Program-made: the position numbers and the translations under genes
Shown here: piece after piece, positions 9,487 through 19,542 of the stretch
Numbering within the stretch: the first letter of the stretch is position 1
Layout of the letters: each line of letters starts with the position of its first letter
Source: a virus
Length of the DNA stretch: 64,000 bases
IMG/VR virus record: IMGVR_UViG_3300025030_000060
Location: 1-64,000 of that record
Reading direction: 5' to 3' (one strand)
Notes under the pieces: model-generated
What the model saw: the letters and a program-made list of their open reading frames with translations, nothing else
What the model was told of the DNA's origin: nothing
Databases searched by the model: none

Positions 9487-9673
9487 TGCCCCTCCCCTTT
9501 TTTCGATAAATTGCTCCGACTTTTGACCAACCTGCCGACATGGGCCTTGTGCCGTGGTCAACTCCTTTTTGTTGAGCGGACGGCCATGCGGCTTATCGGG
9601 TTCCGGTGCCGGAGCAAACTGTTGATATGCCTTTTATTGTCCCGTGGCGTGAAGAAATAAGGTGCCGTAGGTT

Positions 9674-9949
9674 CTACCCTTCATCAGGCACCGCCTTCCC
9701 ACCGTTGCCGTCAATGCAGCGGTGCATTAGGGCTTCTACCTCTCGCGCCACATTGGCATCGTTGACATCGGCAGCAAGGTTATAGTGATCGTTCTCATGG
9801 ATAAGCCGCCATGTCTTTGCAGAGAACTTGTTGACAGGGTAGTGTTTAACCTCCCGGTAAAAGGCTTCCGTAATCGCTGCCAGTTTGGGGGATTCCGGGG
9901 TATTGTCGGCCTCGAACTTGACCCAGACAACGTGAACGATAGCTATCAT
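9674..9949 (-). CDS. Hypothetical protein
   Basis: ORF track. Confidence 0.6.
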   Translation of the reverse strand: MIAIVHVVWVKFEADNTPESPKLAAITEAFYREVKHYPVNKFSAKTWRLIHENDHYNLAADVNDANVAREVEALMHRCIDGNGGKAVPDEG

Positions 9950-10043
9950 AGCCGTCGCCCATGCTTGAACTTAACCCAATAAAGTCTGACATCAGCCCGT
10001 ATCTCCGGCTGCCCGATCAAGAGCCTCTTTCTCTGCCTTCTAG

Positions 10044-10463
10044 TCATAGCCATTGCCTCCCCAGCGCGAAGTAGTAGGCCGGGACCCCGGCTATCTCTTT
10101 GGGGAGCCCCATGGCGCGATTCGTTACCAGCAGGATCGCGGTGAGCTTCCCCGTCTTGCAGTACCGCTCAAGCTGCCGATAGATGTCGTGAGCCCCGCCG
10201 TCGAGCTTTACTTCGATGCCGATGCCGCGCTCATAAGTCTTGCGGCCTCCATCTGTACCGTCTTTCAACTGTCCCTTAAATGCCATGCGCCTTTCTCTGA
10301 TAAAGAAGTCGATCAGGCTCTCCCGCCCACCGTCAAGCGGATACTCCCGCTCGTGGGCGAGGTTGCTGTCCAGTAGAACCTGAGAAATGGCAGCCTGAGT
10401 CGCCTTCTCTGTCGTTACGTCGATTCTGTAGCGGCCCAGCGCCTGCACGACCTTGTTAATCAT
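10044..10463 (-). CDS. PD-(D/E)XK nuclease-fold protein
   Basis: E..Q...REY...IDF...GIEVK...QLERY motif. Confidence 0.7.
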   Translation of the reverse strand: MINKVVQALGRYRIDVTTEKATQAAISQVLLDSNLAHEREYPLDGGRESLIDFFIRERRMAFKGQLKDGTDGGRKTYERGIGIEVKLDGGAHDIYRQLERYCKTGKLTAILLVTNRAMGLPKEIAGVPAYYFALGRQWL

Positions 10464-10735
10464 GGGTACAACTCCTTGATGTAGCCGTTGATACGGCCCA
10501 CTACTTCCCCGGCATTGTTCATGTCCACGATGTCAAAGCCCTCGCTCTTGTAAATCGCGGATATCTTCACCAAGTCACCTTCCAGCGCCTTCATCTTCTT
10601 GCGCTTTTTGACCGACAGGTGAGTATCGCCCTTTTCGCTGCTCTTGACCGCATCTACACAGCAAAGCGCCACTGACAGGAAGAAAGCTTTTGCACCGTCG
10701 CTTAATGGCTCTTCAGTTTCCTCACTCAAATCCAT
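10460..10735 (-). CDS. Hypothetical protein
   Basis: AAGGAG RBS; TTGACA upstream near 10787. Confidence 0.65.
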   Translation of the reverse strand: MDLSEETEEPLSDGAKAFFLSVALCCVDAVKSSEKGDTHLSVKKRKKMKALEGDLVKISAIYKSEGFDIVDMNNAGEVVGRINGYIKELYP

Positions 10736-10775
10736 AACTCCTTGATAATGACCGTGGCTATACTTCTATCACGCC

Positions 10776-11147
10776 TCAATCTAATCTGTCAACTTGCTTT
10801 TCATCTCCGGCAATCCGGCCCGCCATCTCCAGGTCGTGAAGCGCCCGCTCGAAGACGGCGCGGGCCTCGTCGTAGGCCAGTGACACGTACTCGCAGGCGT
10901 CCGACATGGGCCGCTTGGTGTAGGCCATCCGTAGCCTCTTGGTCTGCAACTGAAAGGCCGTTATCATCTCGTTCAGGCTCCGCACGGACAAGTCGCGCCC
11001 TATCTTCGACTCGGCAACCCGCCTGACAAGAAGCTTCTGCGCGTTCCGGGCTCCGATCCTGCCGCAGCCCTCGCAAGGGTGAGTGATGTGAGAAGCGCAG
11101 CCGGGATGCCCGCAGGGTACACCGTCTTTGAATGGTTGCATGCACAT
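10776..11147 (-). CDS. Hypothetical protein with CxHPGCxSHxTHPCExCGR motif
   Basis: Conserved phage Cys/His N-terminal motif. Confidence 0.7.
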   Translation of the reverse strand: MCMQPFKDGVPCGHPGCASHITHPCEGCGRIGARNAQKLLVRRVAESKIGRDLSVRSLNEMITAFQLQTKRLRMAYTKRPMSDACEYVSLAYDEARAVFERALHDLEMAGRIAGDEKQVDRLD

Positions 11148-11149
11148 AG

Positions 11150-11737
11150 CTATCTCTCCTTGGTGCAGATGTCATGGTTCACGCCGCAGTTGCAGCCAGA
11201 GTTAGGCCATCGGCACTTCGGGCTGTGAATCCCTTGCGCTCTCTTGGCCTTACCCCATCCCGGCACGTTGGCCCCGCAGGTAAGCCCGTGTCCGGGGCAC
11301 TCGCGCTCGGCCTGCTTCGCGTCATGGTAAAGGCATTCGTTGTACCTATCAGAGCAAGGCGGCGTCGCTGGGGTCTTCTCTTCCACCTTGACGATCCGGT
11401 AGCCGCAGTTATGCAGGGCCGCGTGAAGGAGACCCATGCCGCAGTTGGAGCCCAGCCACTGAATGACCGTGGCGACGATGAAGCGGTCCCGCTTGGTGAT
11501 CCGGGCGCGGCACTTCCGATCATTCCTGATACTGAGACCCCCGGACGGCGGCTGAAGGAACAGGTCCTGAAGGATGCCGAAGCCGTAGTTCACGCCGCGC
11601 TGGTCTACGTTCTGCCGCTCCCACTCTTCGGCGAAGGCTATCTCCCGTGGGTTGTTGTGACTGGGGATGAGCCGGGAGGTATTAAGCCCCCGGTTCTGTT
11701 TGACGTTCCCCTCATACTTGAGCCGCTTCTTGTTCAC
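11150..11737 (-). CDS. Hypothetical phage protein
   Basis: ATVIQWLGSNCG motif seen in phage accessory proteins. Confidence 0.7.
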   Translation of the reverse strand: MNKKRLKYEGNVKQNRGLNTSRLIPSHNNPREIAFAEEWERQNVDQRGVNYGFGILQDLFLQPPSGGLSIRNDRKCRARITKRDRFIVATVIQWLGSNCGMGLLHAALHNCGYRIVKVEEKTPATPPCSDRYNECLYHDAKQAERECPGHGLTCGANVPGWGKAKRAQGIHSPKCRWPNSGCNCGVNHDICTKER

Positions 11738-11937
11738 TTCGCCTCCTTGAAGGCAGAGTCATCGCCCATGCTTACCCTTGAGCTGACCGCACTTATGGCA
11801 TCTGCCTGCCGTTTCCAGTAATCCAGTGCTGTAGTTGCCTTATCTAAATCAGCCACAGCTTGGGTATGTTTGGCGAAGACATACTCACGTTCTGTCTTAA
11901 TTGCTTCCTGAAATTCTTTATGCGTTGGTCTTGGCAT
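11734..11937 (-). CDS. Hypothetical protein
   Basis: MPRPTHKEF; coupled overlap. Confidence 0.55.
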   Translation of the reverse strand: MPRPTHKEFQEAIKTEREYVFAKHTQAVADLDKATTALDYWKRQADAISAVSSRVSMGDDSAFKEAK

Positions 11938-13246
11938 CAGCTTTGCCCTCCAGTACCGGCACCGTGGGTTCAATCTCGCGCAGCCACATGCCGCCCTCGT
12001 GGTTCGCGGCCCAGTCGGAGAACTGGAGGATATACGCCCGCTTCTCCCCGCCATAGCTCCGCATCACCACGTCCACCCTCATGGGGCGGTCTTCCGGGTC
12101 GCAGTTCCAGTACCACCAGCCCCCCGCCGCTTCAGGGGGCTCCTTGCGCCATGCGGGGGCAGGCTTGAGTTCCCACCTGTCAATCGTGGCCTGCACCCGC
12201 TGCACCGCTTCAGGGGAGAGGTTAAGCCCAATTTGCATAAGGCCGATGAGATGCTTAGGTGTGAGGGGGCTTTTAGTCTGGGTCAGGTCGGACGGGGCCT
12301 GTGCCTCGCGGGATTCCCACCACTTGTTGAAGCCTTCGGCTGTGTTGTTCCCCGGCTGGTTGTGCCACCAGTAGAAGAACTCCACGGCCACCTTCTCGAA
12401 GGCGGCCTTGTCCGGGGCCGCAGCTATCAGGGGATGGATGACGGCCATGACGGCGGCCACCATCTCGCTGATCCTTTCCGGGCCTTCTGCCACGAGGGTA
12501 AAGTCATCCTCGCTCATGGTGCCGATGCCCCACGCCTCCCATACGCGCCCGCAGTCGTAAGCCTCGCCAAGGGCCTCGCTGATCGCTTCTCCCAGTGCCG
12601 TCTTTATGGCCTCGCTGTCAATCTCGTTCTGGTTCGCCTCCAGCCAGAGACGGTTGTACTTTTCCAGGGGAGACTCGTAGGCAGAAGGGAGTGTCGCTTT
12701 GGGCTCGGCCTCGGCGCGAAGCGGGGAGCCTTGCAAGCCCTTCCGCTGAAGGTAGTCCATGTAGGCCGTTACCTTTTTGGCGTCCGGGCTCTTTCTGCAA
12801 AGCAGCTTCACCATCATGGCGAGGTCCCGCATGGTACGCTCTGCCTCGTGAAGAGATACCCGTGCCTGCTGGTCTGACGTATGGCAATCCCATCCCTGCT
12901 TGCATACGGGGCACCAATCGGTTTTGTTGGCGCTCGCCTCCGTGTACTTCGCCAGCTCCTGCTTCAGGGTGCCGTAGTTCTTCTGCCAGTCTGCCAGCCT
13001 ACCGGCATACTCCGCTTCCCGTGTCGGCAGTCCCTCCATGCGACGGCGCACCATGTCGATGACGACGGGGAACTCCGGCCAATCGGCCTCTACTACGAAA
13101 CAGTCAAGGTCTGCCTTGCCGTTCCGCCTGCGCCACATGTCAAGCCCTCGTGCAATGGTCGCAAGTTTGTCCTGCTCGTTCTCAGTCAAGGCTTCCGCCA
13201 TGTCGGAGCCCTTCATCACAAGGTAACGACGCTCACGCTTGAACAT
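11918..13246 (-). CDS. Mosaic hypothetical phage protein
   Basis: MFKRERRYLVMK...CFVVEADWPE N-terminal phage domain plus further modules. Confidence 0.75.
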   Translation of the reverse strand: MFKRERRYLVMKGSDMAEALTENEQDKLATIARGLDMWRRRNGKADLDCFVVEADWPEFPVVIDMVRRRMEGLPTREAEYAGRLADWQKNYGTLKQELAKYTEASANKTDWCPVCKQGWDCHTSDQQARVSLHEAERTMRDLAMMVKLLCRKSPDAKKVTAYMDYLQRKGLQGSPLRAEAEPKATLPSAYESPLEKYNRLWLEANQNEIDSEAIKTALGEAISEALGEAYDCGRVWEAWGIGTMSEDDFTLVAEGPERISEMVAAVMAVIHPLIAAAPDKAAFEKVAVEFFYWWHNQPGNNTAEGFNKWWESREAQAPSDLTQTKSPLTPKHLIGLMQIGLNLSPEAVQRVQATIDRWELKPAPAWRKEPPEAAGGWWYWNCDPEDRPMRVDVVMRSYGGEKRAYILQFSDWAANHEGGMWLREIEPTVPVLEGKADAKTNA

Positions 13247-13799
13247 GTCTAGCCTCCCACCTTTGGGTGTAGTCGGCAACGTGGTAGGCGTAGGCGTAGG
13301 CTAAGAGCACCCAAAAGGCGGCCCACATGGGGCGCGTCGGCATTTCCACGATAATCAGCCAAAGGCTAAAGCCGAAGAACCCGTAGGATAACGCCAGAAT
13401 CGTCACGATGCCACGCCTCCCTCGCTTCGGTCCTATCATTCTCTTCTTGACGGCGGCCTTCATGTCTTCCGTGCCGCGTACCAGCAGGCAGTTCTGAAGC
13501 AGGCGCTTGGCATGCGTGGCGTCATCGCTGTCGCTGGTGTAGCGCCCCAAGTAGCTCCACGTCTGAAAGATCGTGCGGAGAAGGGACGCCTCGCGCTCTT
13601 TCGCGTCCATGGCTGCCAGCTTCAACTCGCAAGTCCTGATCCCGGCCTGCTTGAGCAGGGTAATGGCTTCGACATACTGTCTCTCATGCATTTCCAGTTC
13701 TTCCACGGTGTTTGCTGCCAGCATCTCGAAAGCTGCTTTCGGGTCCATCCGGCCCGCTGCTACCTCTTCTTCCATAAATCCGATCAGTGCAATGCTCAT
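13233..13799 (-). CDS. Hypothetical membrane protein
   Basis: Two C-terminal hydrophobic helices. Confidence 0.65.
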   Translation of the reverse strand: MSIALIGFMEEEVAAGRMDPKAAFEMLAANTVEELEMHERQYVEAITLLKQAGIRTCELKLAAMDAKEREASLLRTIFQTWSYLGRYTSDSDDATHAKRLLQNCLLVRGTEDMKAAVKKRMIGPKRGRRGIVTILALSYGFFGFSLWLIIVEMPTRPMWAAFWVLLAYAYAYHVADYTQRWEARHVQA

Positions 13800-15754
13800 A
13801 CGACGGTCGCCTCCTTGGCTTCGATCTTGCCCGCGTGGTAGTCTTCAGCCGTGAGAAGCATCGGAGCCCACTTCAGGTACTGCTCACGGGTGCGCGGGTC
13901 ATTGAAAAACTGCTTATAGTCACCGGGGGTGTACCCGGAAATATTGAAGAGATGATCTGCCGGGACGGTGAGGGTGCAGACGGTATGCCCTGACTCGCTG
14001 CGCCACCCTACGTTTTCCCGGAGCCACCTGAAGGTGCCCTTGCGCTGCTTGGCGTTCCACTTGAAGAACTTGGCCGCCCTGCCGGGGCCGGGATTGCCGT
14101 AAGGGCGGTAACGCTTCATGGGGGTCTGGTTGCGGTCATGGCTGCGATAGCTCTTTGCGTTGCGCTCGTTCTCCTTCTCTGCCTCCCGGCACTCCCAGAA
14201 CAGCTCTTGCCCCGTCACGACGGAGAAGGCCCCCATGATGTCGTTGCACTTCGCCCGGAACGCCTCGAAGTCGGGCGGGTCTCCGTGGTAGAGCGTGGTT
14301 CCGCCGTCGAAGATCAGCTTTATGGCCCGCTCGAAGCCTTCCGGTTCCCACGTCCTGACGGGCGGGTGCGGGTGCAACACGAGGGAGCGGTCATAGAGGC
14401 CCTGGATGATGATGGCAATGCGGTTGTACTCCTTAATCTTCGCCTCGATCTCGGCTATGCACTCATCAAAGTAGATGTTGGACGAGTCAAAGGGCTGCCA
14501 GTCGCTCGCGTTGAAGTGGGCGTGATACCAGTGCCGCCCTTCCGGGTCATCTTTCTTCTTCGCCTCGTACTGCGCCTTGCGTTCAGCTTCCTCCTTGGCC
14601 TGCTCTTCATAGTTGGCGCGGGTAATCATCTTGTTCGAGCGCCCGCCCCCCCGTGAGTTTGCCATCATCGGCTGGCCGGGGTCGTATAGGCTCTTGTCCG
14701 GGAAGATCATCTTCGGGAAGTCCATCTCGCAGTTCATGCGGTAGAGCTGTTCCCCGTTGCGGATGTAGAAGAAGGTCGTCTTGTCGGCGTTCTCTTTGCA
14801 CTTGATGTCGACGAATCCGCACAGGCTGCCGTCCCAGTCCCGATCCTTGGTGTTACGGCGCACTCTGAAGGCCACCAGCGTCCGGGGGAAGGGGAGAATC
14901 CTGTCGCGGTTCTCCGGCCTTGCCAGCCATGCGTCGTAGGCTTCGATATTTTCGAACTCCATCCCCCCGGTCTCGTAGTTCAGCAGGGCCTCTTCATCCA
15001 TGTAAAGCCGACGCTGCATGACGTGCAGCTTGTCGAGCAGGGCGGCGGGCTCCCCGTCTGCTACCTGCTTCACGTCCTCAGTGAGGCCCGCATACAGGGA
15101 AACGTTGAAGATTCGCCCGTTGATCTCGGTAATGGTGCCCTCCATGGGGCCGATCAGGGCCTGAGTCTCCATGGTCGTCGCGGTCATCCACCGGCAAAGC
15201 TCGCTGTTGGCTTCCTTAATCTGCTTGAACAGGTCCGGGAGGGTCTTCTCCTTCGCCTCCACAAGGGCGCTCTCGTATGCCTTCACGTCGGCGGTGCCGG
15301 AGATGGTAGCCAGCGCGGTCGTGTGCGGGTCCACGTCGGCCTCGGCAGGCCCGGAAAGGAAGTGCTTGGGGTTCAGGCCCAGCCGTGCGGCGACGCCCTT
15401 CACTTCCTCTATGAGGCGGTTCGACTCGGCCTGATAGAAACCGATCTTCCCTTGGATGACCTCGCTGGCATTGGGCACCAGTTCGAGCTGCTCGAAGAAG
15501 TCATCGAAGTGAACGCGGGTATGGCTGTAGCCGTTATTCTGGCTATGCGGCGTGTGAAGCTCAAGGAAGTTGGAGCCGATCTTCATCACGCACCCCAGCC
15601 AACGGTACTTGTCGCCCTTCTTCTTGCCCTTTAGTTCCCCGTCCCACCGGACCTTCTCAGTGACCCAGTACCACTCACCAAGGCGCGGCTCTACCCAGTT
15701 GGGGGTCTCGGTCGTTCTATCGTGTGCTGTCTCGATCTTTACCAGCTTGCTCAT
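13796..15754 (-). CDS. Large conserved hypothetical protein (652 aa)
   Basis: Long ORF with strong GC3 bias; AAGGA RBS before MSKLVK. Confidence 0.85.
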   Translation of the reverse strand: MSKLVKIETAHDRTTETPNWVEPRLGEWYWVTEKVRWDGELKGKKKGDKYRWLGCVMKIGSNFLELHTPHSQNNGYSHTRVHFDDFFEQLELVPNASEVIQGKIGFYQAESNRLIEEVKGVAARLGLNPKHFLSGPAEADVDPHTTALATISGTADVKAYESALVEAKEKTLPDLFKQIKEANSELCRWMTATTMETQALIGPMEGTITEINGRIFNVSLYAGLTEDVKQVADGEPAALLDKLHVMQRRLYMDEEALLNYETGGMEFENIEAYDAWLARPENRDRILPFPRTLVAFRVRRNTKDRDWDGSLCGFVDIKCKENADKTTFFYIRNGEQLYRMNCEMDFPKMIFPDKSLYDPGQPMMANSRGGGRSNKMITRANYEEQAKEEAERKAQYEAKKKDDPEGRHWYHAHFNASDWQPFDSSNIYFDECIAEIEAKIKEYNRIAIIIQGLYDRSLVLHPHPPVRTWEPEGFERAIKLIFDGGTTLYHGDPPDFEAFRAKCNDIMGAFSVVTGQELFWECREAEKENERNAKSYRSHDRNQTPMKRYRPYGNPGPGRAAKFFKWNAKQRKGTFRWLRENVGWRSESGHTVCTLTVPADHLFNISGYTPGDYKQFFNDPRTREQYLKWAPMLLTAEDYHAGKIEAKEATVV

Positions 15755-16418
15755 GACCTTTGTCCTTTTAAGTAAAAACGAGAGGGGAAGGAAGCCCGTT
15801 GCCCGGAGAAATCCCCCGCAGGCCGTTCCCGCGAGGTCTCCATTCAAGTAGGGTTGCATTCACGTTATGCCCCCTCCCCCTCTCAACCGTTACTGCGCTA
15901 TGGCCCGAAGCGTAACCGCGTTGCCGTTCATGGCGGCGTAGACCGCCTCAAGAGCGTCAACCGCGCCTTGTGCCTTCAGACAGCACTCTCTAACCTGCGG
16001 ATGGTCCACGCCCTTAAAGCTCTCCACGTCCTTCCGGGATGCCTCCAGCGCCTGATACACGAGCGGTTTCAGTTCGGTGATTTTCACCACAACCACCCTT
16101 GGCAGTCTGCACCATCGCCCTCGTAAGCTTTGCCGGATACCCACCAGTTCCATAGGTCTTGCTCGGTTGGAAATTTCTCCAAGCTTCTTGGCTTGCCGTC
16201 TCTACGGGGTACGCCTTTGTACTTCAACCAGAAGGCATGGAAACCCCGCTTCCACATTGCCTCGTATTTCGGCCAGCGTGCGAAGTCCCGCGCCTGCCCT
16301 TTCGGCCCACCCATCGGGCAACCCACGCACCCGAGGCGCTTGAATCCTTCATCGTAGAGGCAGCAATACGGTATCCCCTGCTTTTTGGTAAACTGCCACA
16401 CGTCTGCCTCGGTCCAGT

Positions 16419-16470
16419 AGAGGATCGGGGAGAGGATCGGGGAGAGGATCGGGGAGAGGATCGGGGAGAG
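16419..16470. repeat. 12-bp tandem repeat (AGAGGATCGGGG)x4.3 encoding (LSPI)4
   Basis: Four exact copies read directly. Confidence 0.95.
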
Positions 16471-16830
16471 GGCTGTTTTGTGCATCGTCACCGTCTGCCA
16501 TATTCCCTTCCGCCTTGCAGACTCTTCCGCCCTGACCCCAATGGCTTTAAATACCCCTATGCCGCCTTGCTCCTTGTAAATCTCACAGCACCACCGGACC
16601 AGCCTTGTGGGAGGTCCTGCCGACTTGTCCGCCATCATCCCCGGCAGGTTGCGCTTAGGTGCGCTCCATTTGGTGTCGGGATGGTGCCGCTTACCGAATA
16701 GAAGCAATTCGGGCGGGTCGATGGTGACGTTGTTGTAGTGGCACTGGTGCTTAACCCCTGCCATCTCGAATAACCTCACCATCACAGATGAATCTTTCCC
16801 GAATGAGTCACAGACATAGTACCCGTCAGG

Positions 16831-16842
16831 AGAGAGAGAGAG
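16831..16842. repeat. (AG)6 dinucleotide tract at the frameshift point
   Basis: Direct. Confidence 0.9.
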
Positions 16843-17021
16843 CCTGTTGCTCATATGCCTGGATCAGCATGATTGCAGTCGCTATTTTTTCATCCAGCGG
16901 CCTCGATATGGCAATCTGGTAAAGATCCTCTTCACTGTAATTGCCCCATAAATCGCCTAGCATCTATTTGCCCCCTCAGTCGCCAACCCCAAAACGCATA
17001 ACTCCTTGATGATGTTCTTCT

Positions 17022-17204
17022 CTATACCTGCTGCATCAGCATGGAAACCCTAGCCCTTGACGCCATAATCGCCATTAGAAAGGGCTGGAAGATCGGAATT
17101 GTGTATTTCCTGCACCCGGAACACTCCAAAAGGTTCAGTTCTCCATCAAACTTGTCGAATATCACCTTGGCCTTCATCTCCGCATTGCATTTCGGACAAC
17201 CCAT
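17022..17204 (-). CDS. Small zinc-ribbon protein
   Basis: CPKC...CSGC; first gene after the promoter. Confidence 0.6.
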   Translation of the reverse strand: MGCPKCNAEMKAKVIFDKFDGELNLLECSGCRKYTIPIFQPFLMAIMASRARVSMLMQQV

Positions 17205-17263
17205 CTACATACCCCCTGACCTGCGTAAACGCCTGATGATGAGGTGCGCTATACTTGCGCCCC

Positions 17264-17300
17264 AATTTACGCCTTTCTGGTTATATGTCAAACAAATAAT
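17264..17300 (-). promoter_or_regulatory. Sigma70 promoter with overlapping palindromic operator (copy 1)
   Basis: ATTATTTGTTTGACATATAA; TTGACA-16-TAAATT. Confidence 0.75.
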
Positions 17301-17311
17301 TCAGATGACAA

Positions 17312-18352
17312 TTAAAAACTTTCCGGGGCACCGTCGACTGACCCGACCGTAGGTGCGAAACTCTCGCTGCTCTTGAGGTCGTGCTTGATCTGGAGAACCT
17401 GCTGCTGCCGCTCGGGGAGGAACTGCTCCATCTGTTTGTCGCGGCTCGCCAGGGCTTCACGGTACAGCCGATCCAGGTCGGCAGGGGTGACGGGTGTAAC
17501 GATAGGTCCGTCGCCCTCCTCTTCCTCCCGCTTGGAGAGCTGGATCTTGATGATCTCCGGCAGAGGTAGGCCCAGGCGCGTAAAGCGGTACCCTGCCTCC
17601 AACAGCGTCAGCTTGCCGTCTTCCAGTTCCTGAATGATTTGTGCTGTCTCCGCACGGGGGGAGAAGTTGTCAGAGAACATCTTCTGGAGCTTGGCGAGGT
17701 CCATCAGCACGGCGCGGCGGGATACCAGCTTCAGTTTCACCTTCCGGCCCTTGCGCCTTTTGTTCTTGCCATCCTCGCCCACCTCGCCGCTGGCATCGTC
17801 TTCGTCCTCCAAGAACTCTTTGACTTCATACTCTTCTACCGCCCGGAGCTTGTCGTCGTCGGCCATAGAAAGGTCCGTCGTTGCTGTGCCGTCATCCTCG
17901 ATCTGGAGGAAGTGCCCGATGTGAACGTGGGCCATCTTTGCCAGTTCCTGTATGATGAACTCGGGGTCCGCCTTGTACTTCGTGATGATAGAGTTGGCGA
18001 CTATCCTGATTGCCTTGCGAACCTTGGGGGTTTTCAGGAGGTCATGGGCGCTCGAACCGGCAGCGGAATAGGTGAGGTGACGGCCATAAGCCTCTAGGTA
18101 CGACTGCACCGCGTTACGGGTCTTCACGTACTCCATTACGAACTTGGTCTGCTGGATGTTGAGTCCGTCAAGAGTGTCCTCAAACTCTTGGCCCCAGTCA
18201 TCATCAAGGTTTTGCGCGGCTCCCTTTACTGGCTCTTTTGCTGTCGCGGGGGTCTTGCTCCCCCCTTGGGCCTTCGACTTAGCGGCGGGTTTTTTCTTGG
18301 CGGCAGCAGCCTTGCTCTTTGCCTCTTTTCCCGGTTTCTCGCCCTTAGCCAT
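17312..18352 (-). CDS. terS: Terminase small subunit (PacA-like C-terminus)
   Basis: LNIQQTKFVMEY...NAVQSYLEAY...LLKTPKV HTH; IIQELAKMA. Confidence 0.85.
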   Translation of the reverse strand: MAKGEKPGKEAKSKAAAAKKKPAAKSKAQGGSKTPATAKEPVKGAAQNLDDDWGQEFEDTLDGLNIQQTKFVMEYVKTRNAVQSYLEAYGRHLTYSAAGSSAHDLLKTPKVRKAIRIVANSIITKYKADPEFIIQELAKMAHVHIGHFLQIEDDGTATTDLSMADDDKLRAVEEYEVKEFLEDEDDASGEVGEDGKNKRRKGRKVKLKLVSRRAVLMDLAKLQKMFSDNFSPRAETAQIIQELEDGKLTLLEAGYRFTRLGLPLPEIIKIQLSKREEEEGDGPIVTPVTPADLDRLYREALASRDKQMEQFLPERQQQVLQIKHDLKSSESFAPTVGSVDGAPESF

Positions 18353-18842
18353 TTTGCACCATGATGTCAGTCAACCACCGGTCGAGAAGAGACCGCCTCG
18401 TCATCCATCTGCCACGTCTTGCGCCCTCGGGTATCACTTGGGTGATGGGGCACCCCGGAAGGGCGAGGTAGGGGGCCATGTAGTCCCAATGGGAGAGCTT
18501 CATGACGTAAAGGATCTGGTCCCTGCCGACAATGAGGTCGTCTCTTAACGCGGTGTCGTCCTCATGCACAGGGCCGCAGGGAATGGTTGCCCTTGGGTGC
18601 TCGGGGTTGGCCTGCCCCGGTCTTACGGTTCTCGCCCACTCGATCAATGCACTTCTCCTCGCTACCCAACGAGGGGCCAGCCTCGGCCCGCGCTTCTTCG
18701 TCTCGCCGGGAGATGAGTACACAGGGCACCCCGGCAGAGAGAGGTAGGGCTTCATGTCTTCCCATTTAGTGAACCCCATGACCCCCATAATCTGCTCCTG
18801 TCCGGTTATGATGTCTTCTCTTATTGCAGTGTCACAGTCCAA
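18345..18842 (-). CDS. Protein with a tandem-duplicated winged-helix-like domain
   Basis: Two copies of TAxRxDxIxGxxQI...WxxMxPYLxLPGCP...RWxxRRSxLxxW. Confidence 0.75.
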   Translation of the reverse strand: MDCDTAIREDIITGQEQIMGVMGFTKWEDMKPYLSLPGCPVYSSPGETKKRGPRLAPRWVARRSALIEWARTVRPGQANPEHPRATIPCGPVHEDDTALRDDLIVGRDQILYVMKLSHWDYMAPYLALPGCPITQVIPEGARRGRWMTRRSLLDRWLTDIMVQNG

Positions 18843-18988
18843 TGTTAAGCCCCCCGTGTTTTCTAATTGCGTTTTCGAGTCAAAAATGCAATAAAGTCAG
18901 CACACGGGGTGCATCGGGTACTCAGTAGTGTGTGGTGAGAATACAAAGGCTTGACGGCTGCCACCGTCTGGCCTTTTCTCGTTTCGGC

Positions 18989-19201
18989 CTATCCGGGCTT
19001 TGCCCCGCATACGCACTTGCCTTGCTGCCAGATGATCGAAAGCGCACACTGCGCCGAATGCCGCTCATCCCATATCAACCGGTCGAACTCTGACAGCCGC
19101 TGATGAACCGCTTGGTCTTGCGGTGAGCATGGCAGTTCGAGTGTGCGGCCTATCTCAGCCTGGAGTTGCTGTTGACGGTCGATACCCTGCGCTTGCACCA
19201 C
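18989..19201 (-). CDS. Hypothetical protein
   Basis: ORF track. Confidence 0.5.
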   Translation of the reverse strand: MVQAQGIDRQQQLQAEIGRTLELPCSPQDQAVHQRLSEFDRLIWDERHSAQCALSIIWQQGKCVCGAKPG

Positions 19202-19500
19202 TATTCGCCCCCTTGCACAATGTGCAGGTCGCTTACCCTCGGCCAGTAGAGTAGGGGGTTTGCTTTGTCAGTCTTCCCGGACTTGACTGCCACGATGTAG
19301 CTCTCTCGGGGGCGGTACAGCAGGCCCGTGGTGAGCTTTGCCGTGTTGAACCCTTCCAGTTCCAGCCCCTTGCTCCTGAACAGGTCCCGCTTATTCCCTT
19401 GGTAGCAGGGCGGAACCACGATGACGATCTCCCCTTGCTTCTCCTTCGGAAAGCTCCCCCCTGACTGGCTACTCCATTTCACGTTGCTGCCAACATTCAT
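19201..19500 (-). CDS. Conserved hypothetical phage protein
   Basis: VKWSSQSGG...ESYIV...LYWPRVS motif. Confidence 0.75.
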   Translation of the reverse strand: MNVGSNVKWSSQSGGSFPKEKQGEIVIVVPPCYQGNKRDLFRSKGLELEGFNTAKLTTGLLYRPRESYIVAVKSGKTDKANPLLYWPRVSDLHIVQGGE

Positions 19501-19542
19501 AAACTCTCCTAATCCGTTGATAATGTCCGATATTACACCGAA

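Larger units (their letters stand above)
16084..16963 (-). pseudogene. PAPS-reductase-family protein, frameshifted at a (CT)6 tract
   Basis: SFGKDS PP-loop, RWCC..YKE, GVRAEESARR, LYDEGFKRLGCVGCP. Upstream frame from ATG 16963 stops just after the CT tract; one extra CT unit fuses the frames. Confidence 0.75.

Noticed and set aside
17312-18352. P1-type pac site with clustered TGATCA hexamers
   Set aside because: No such cluster is visible in terS
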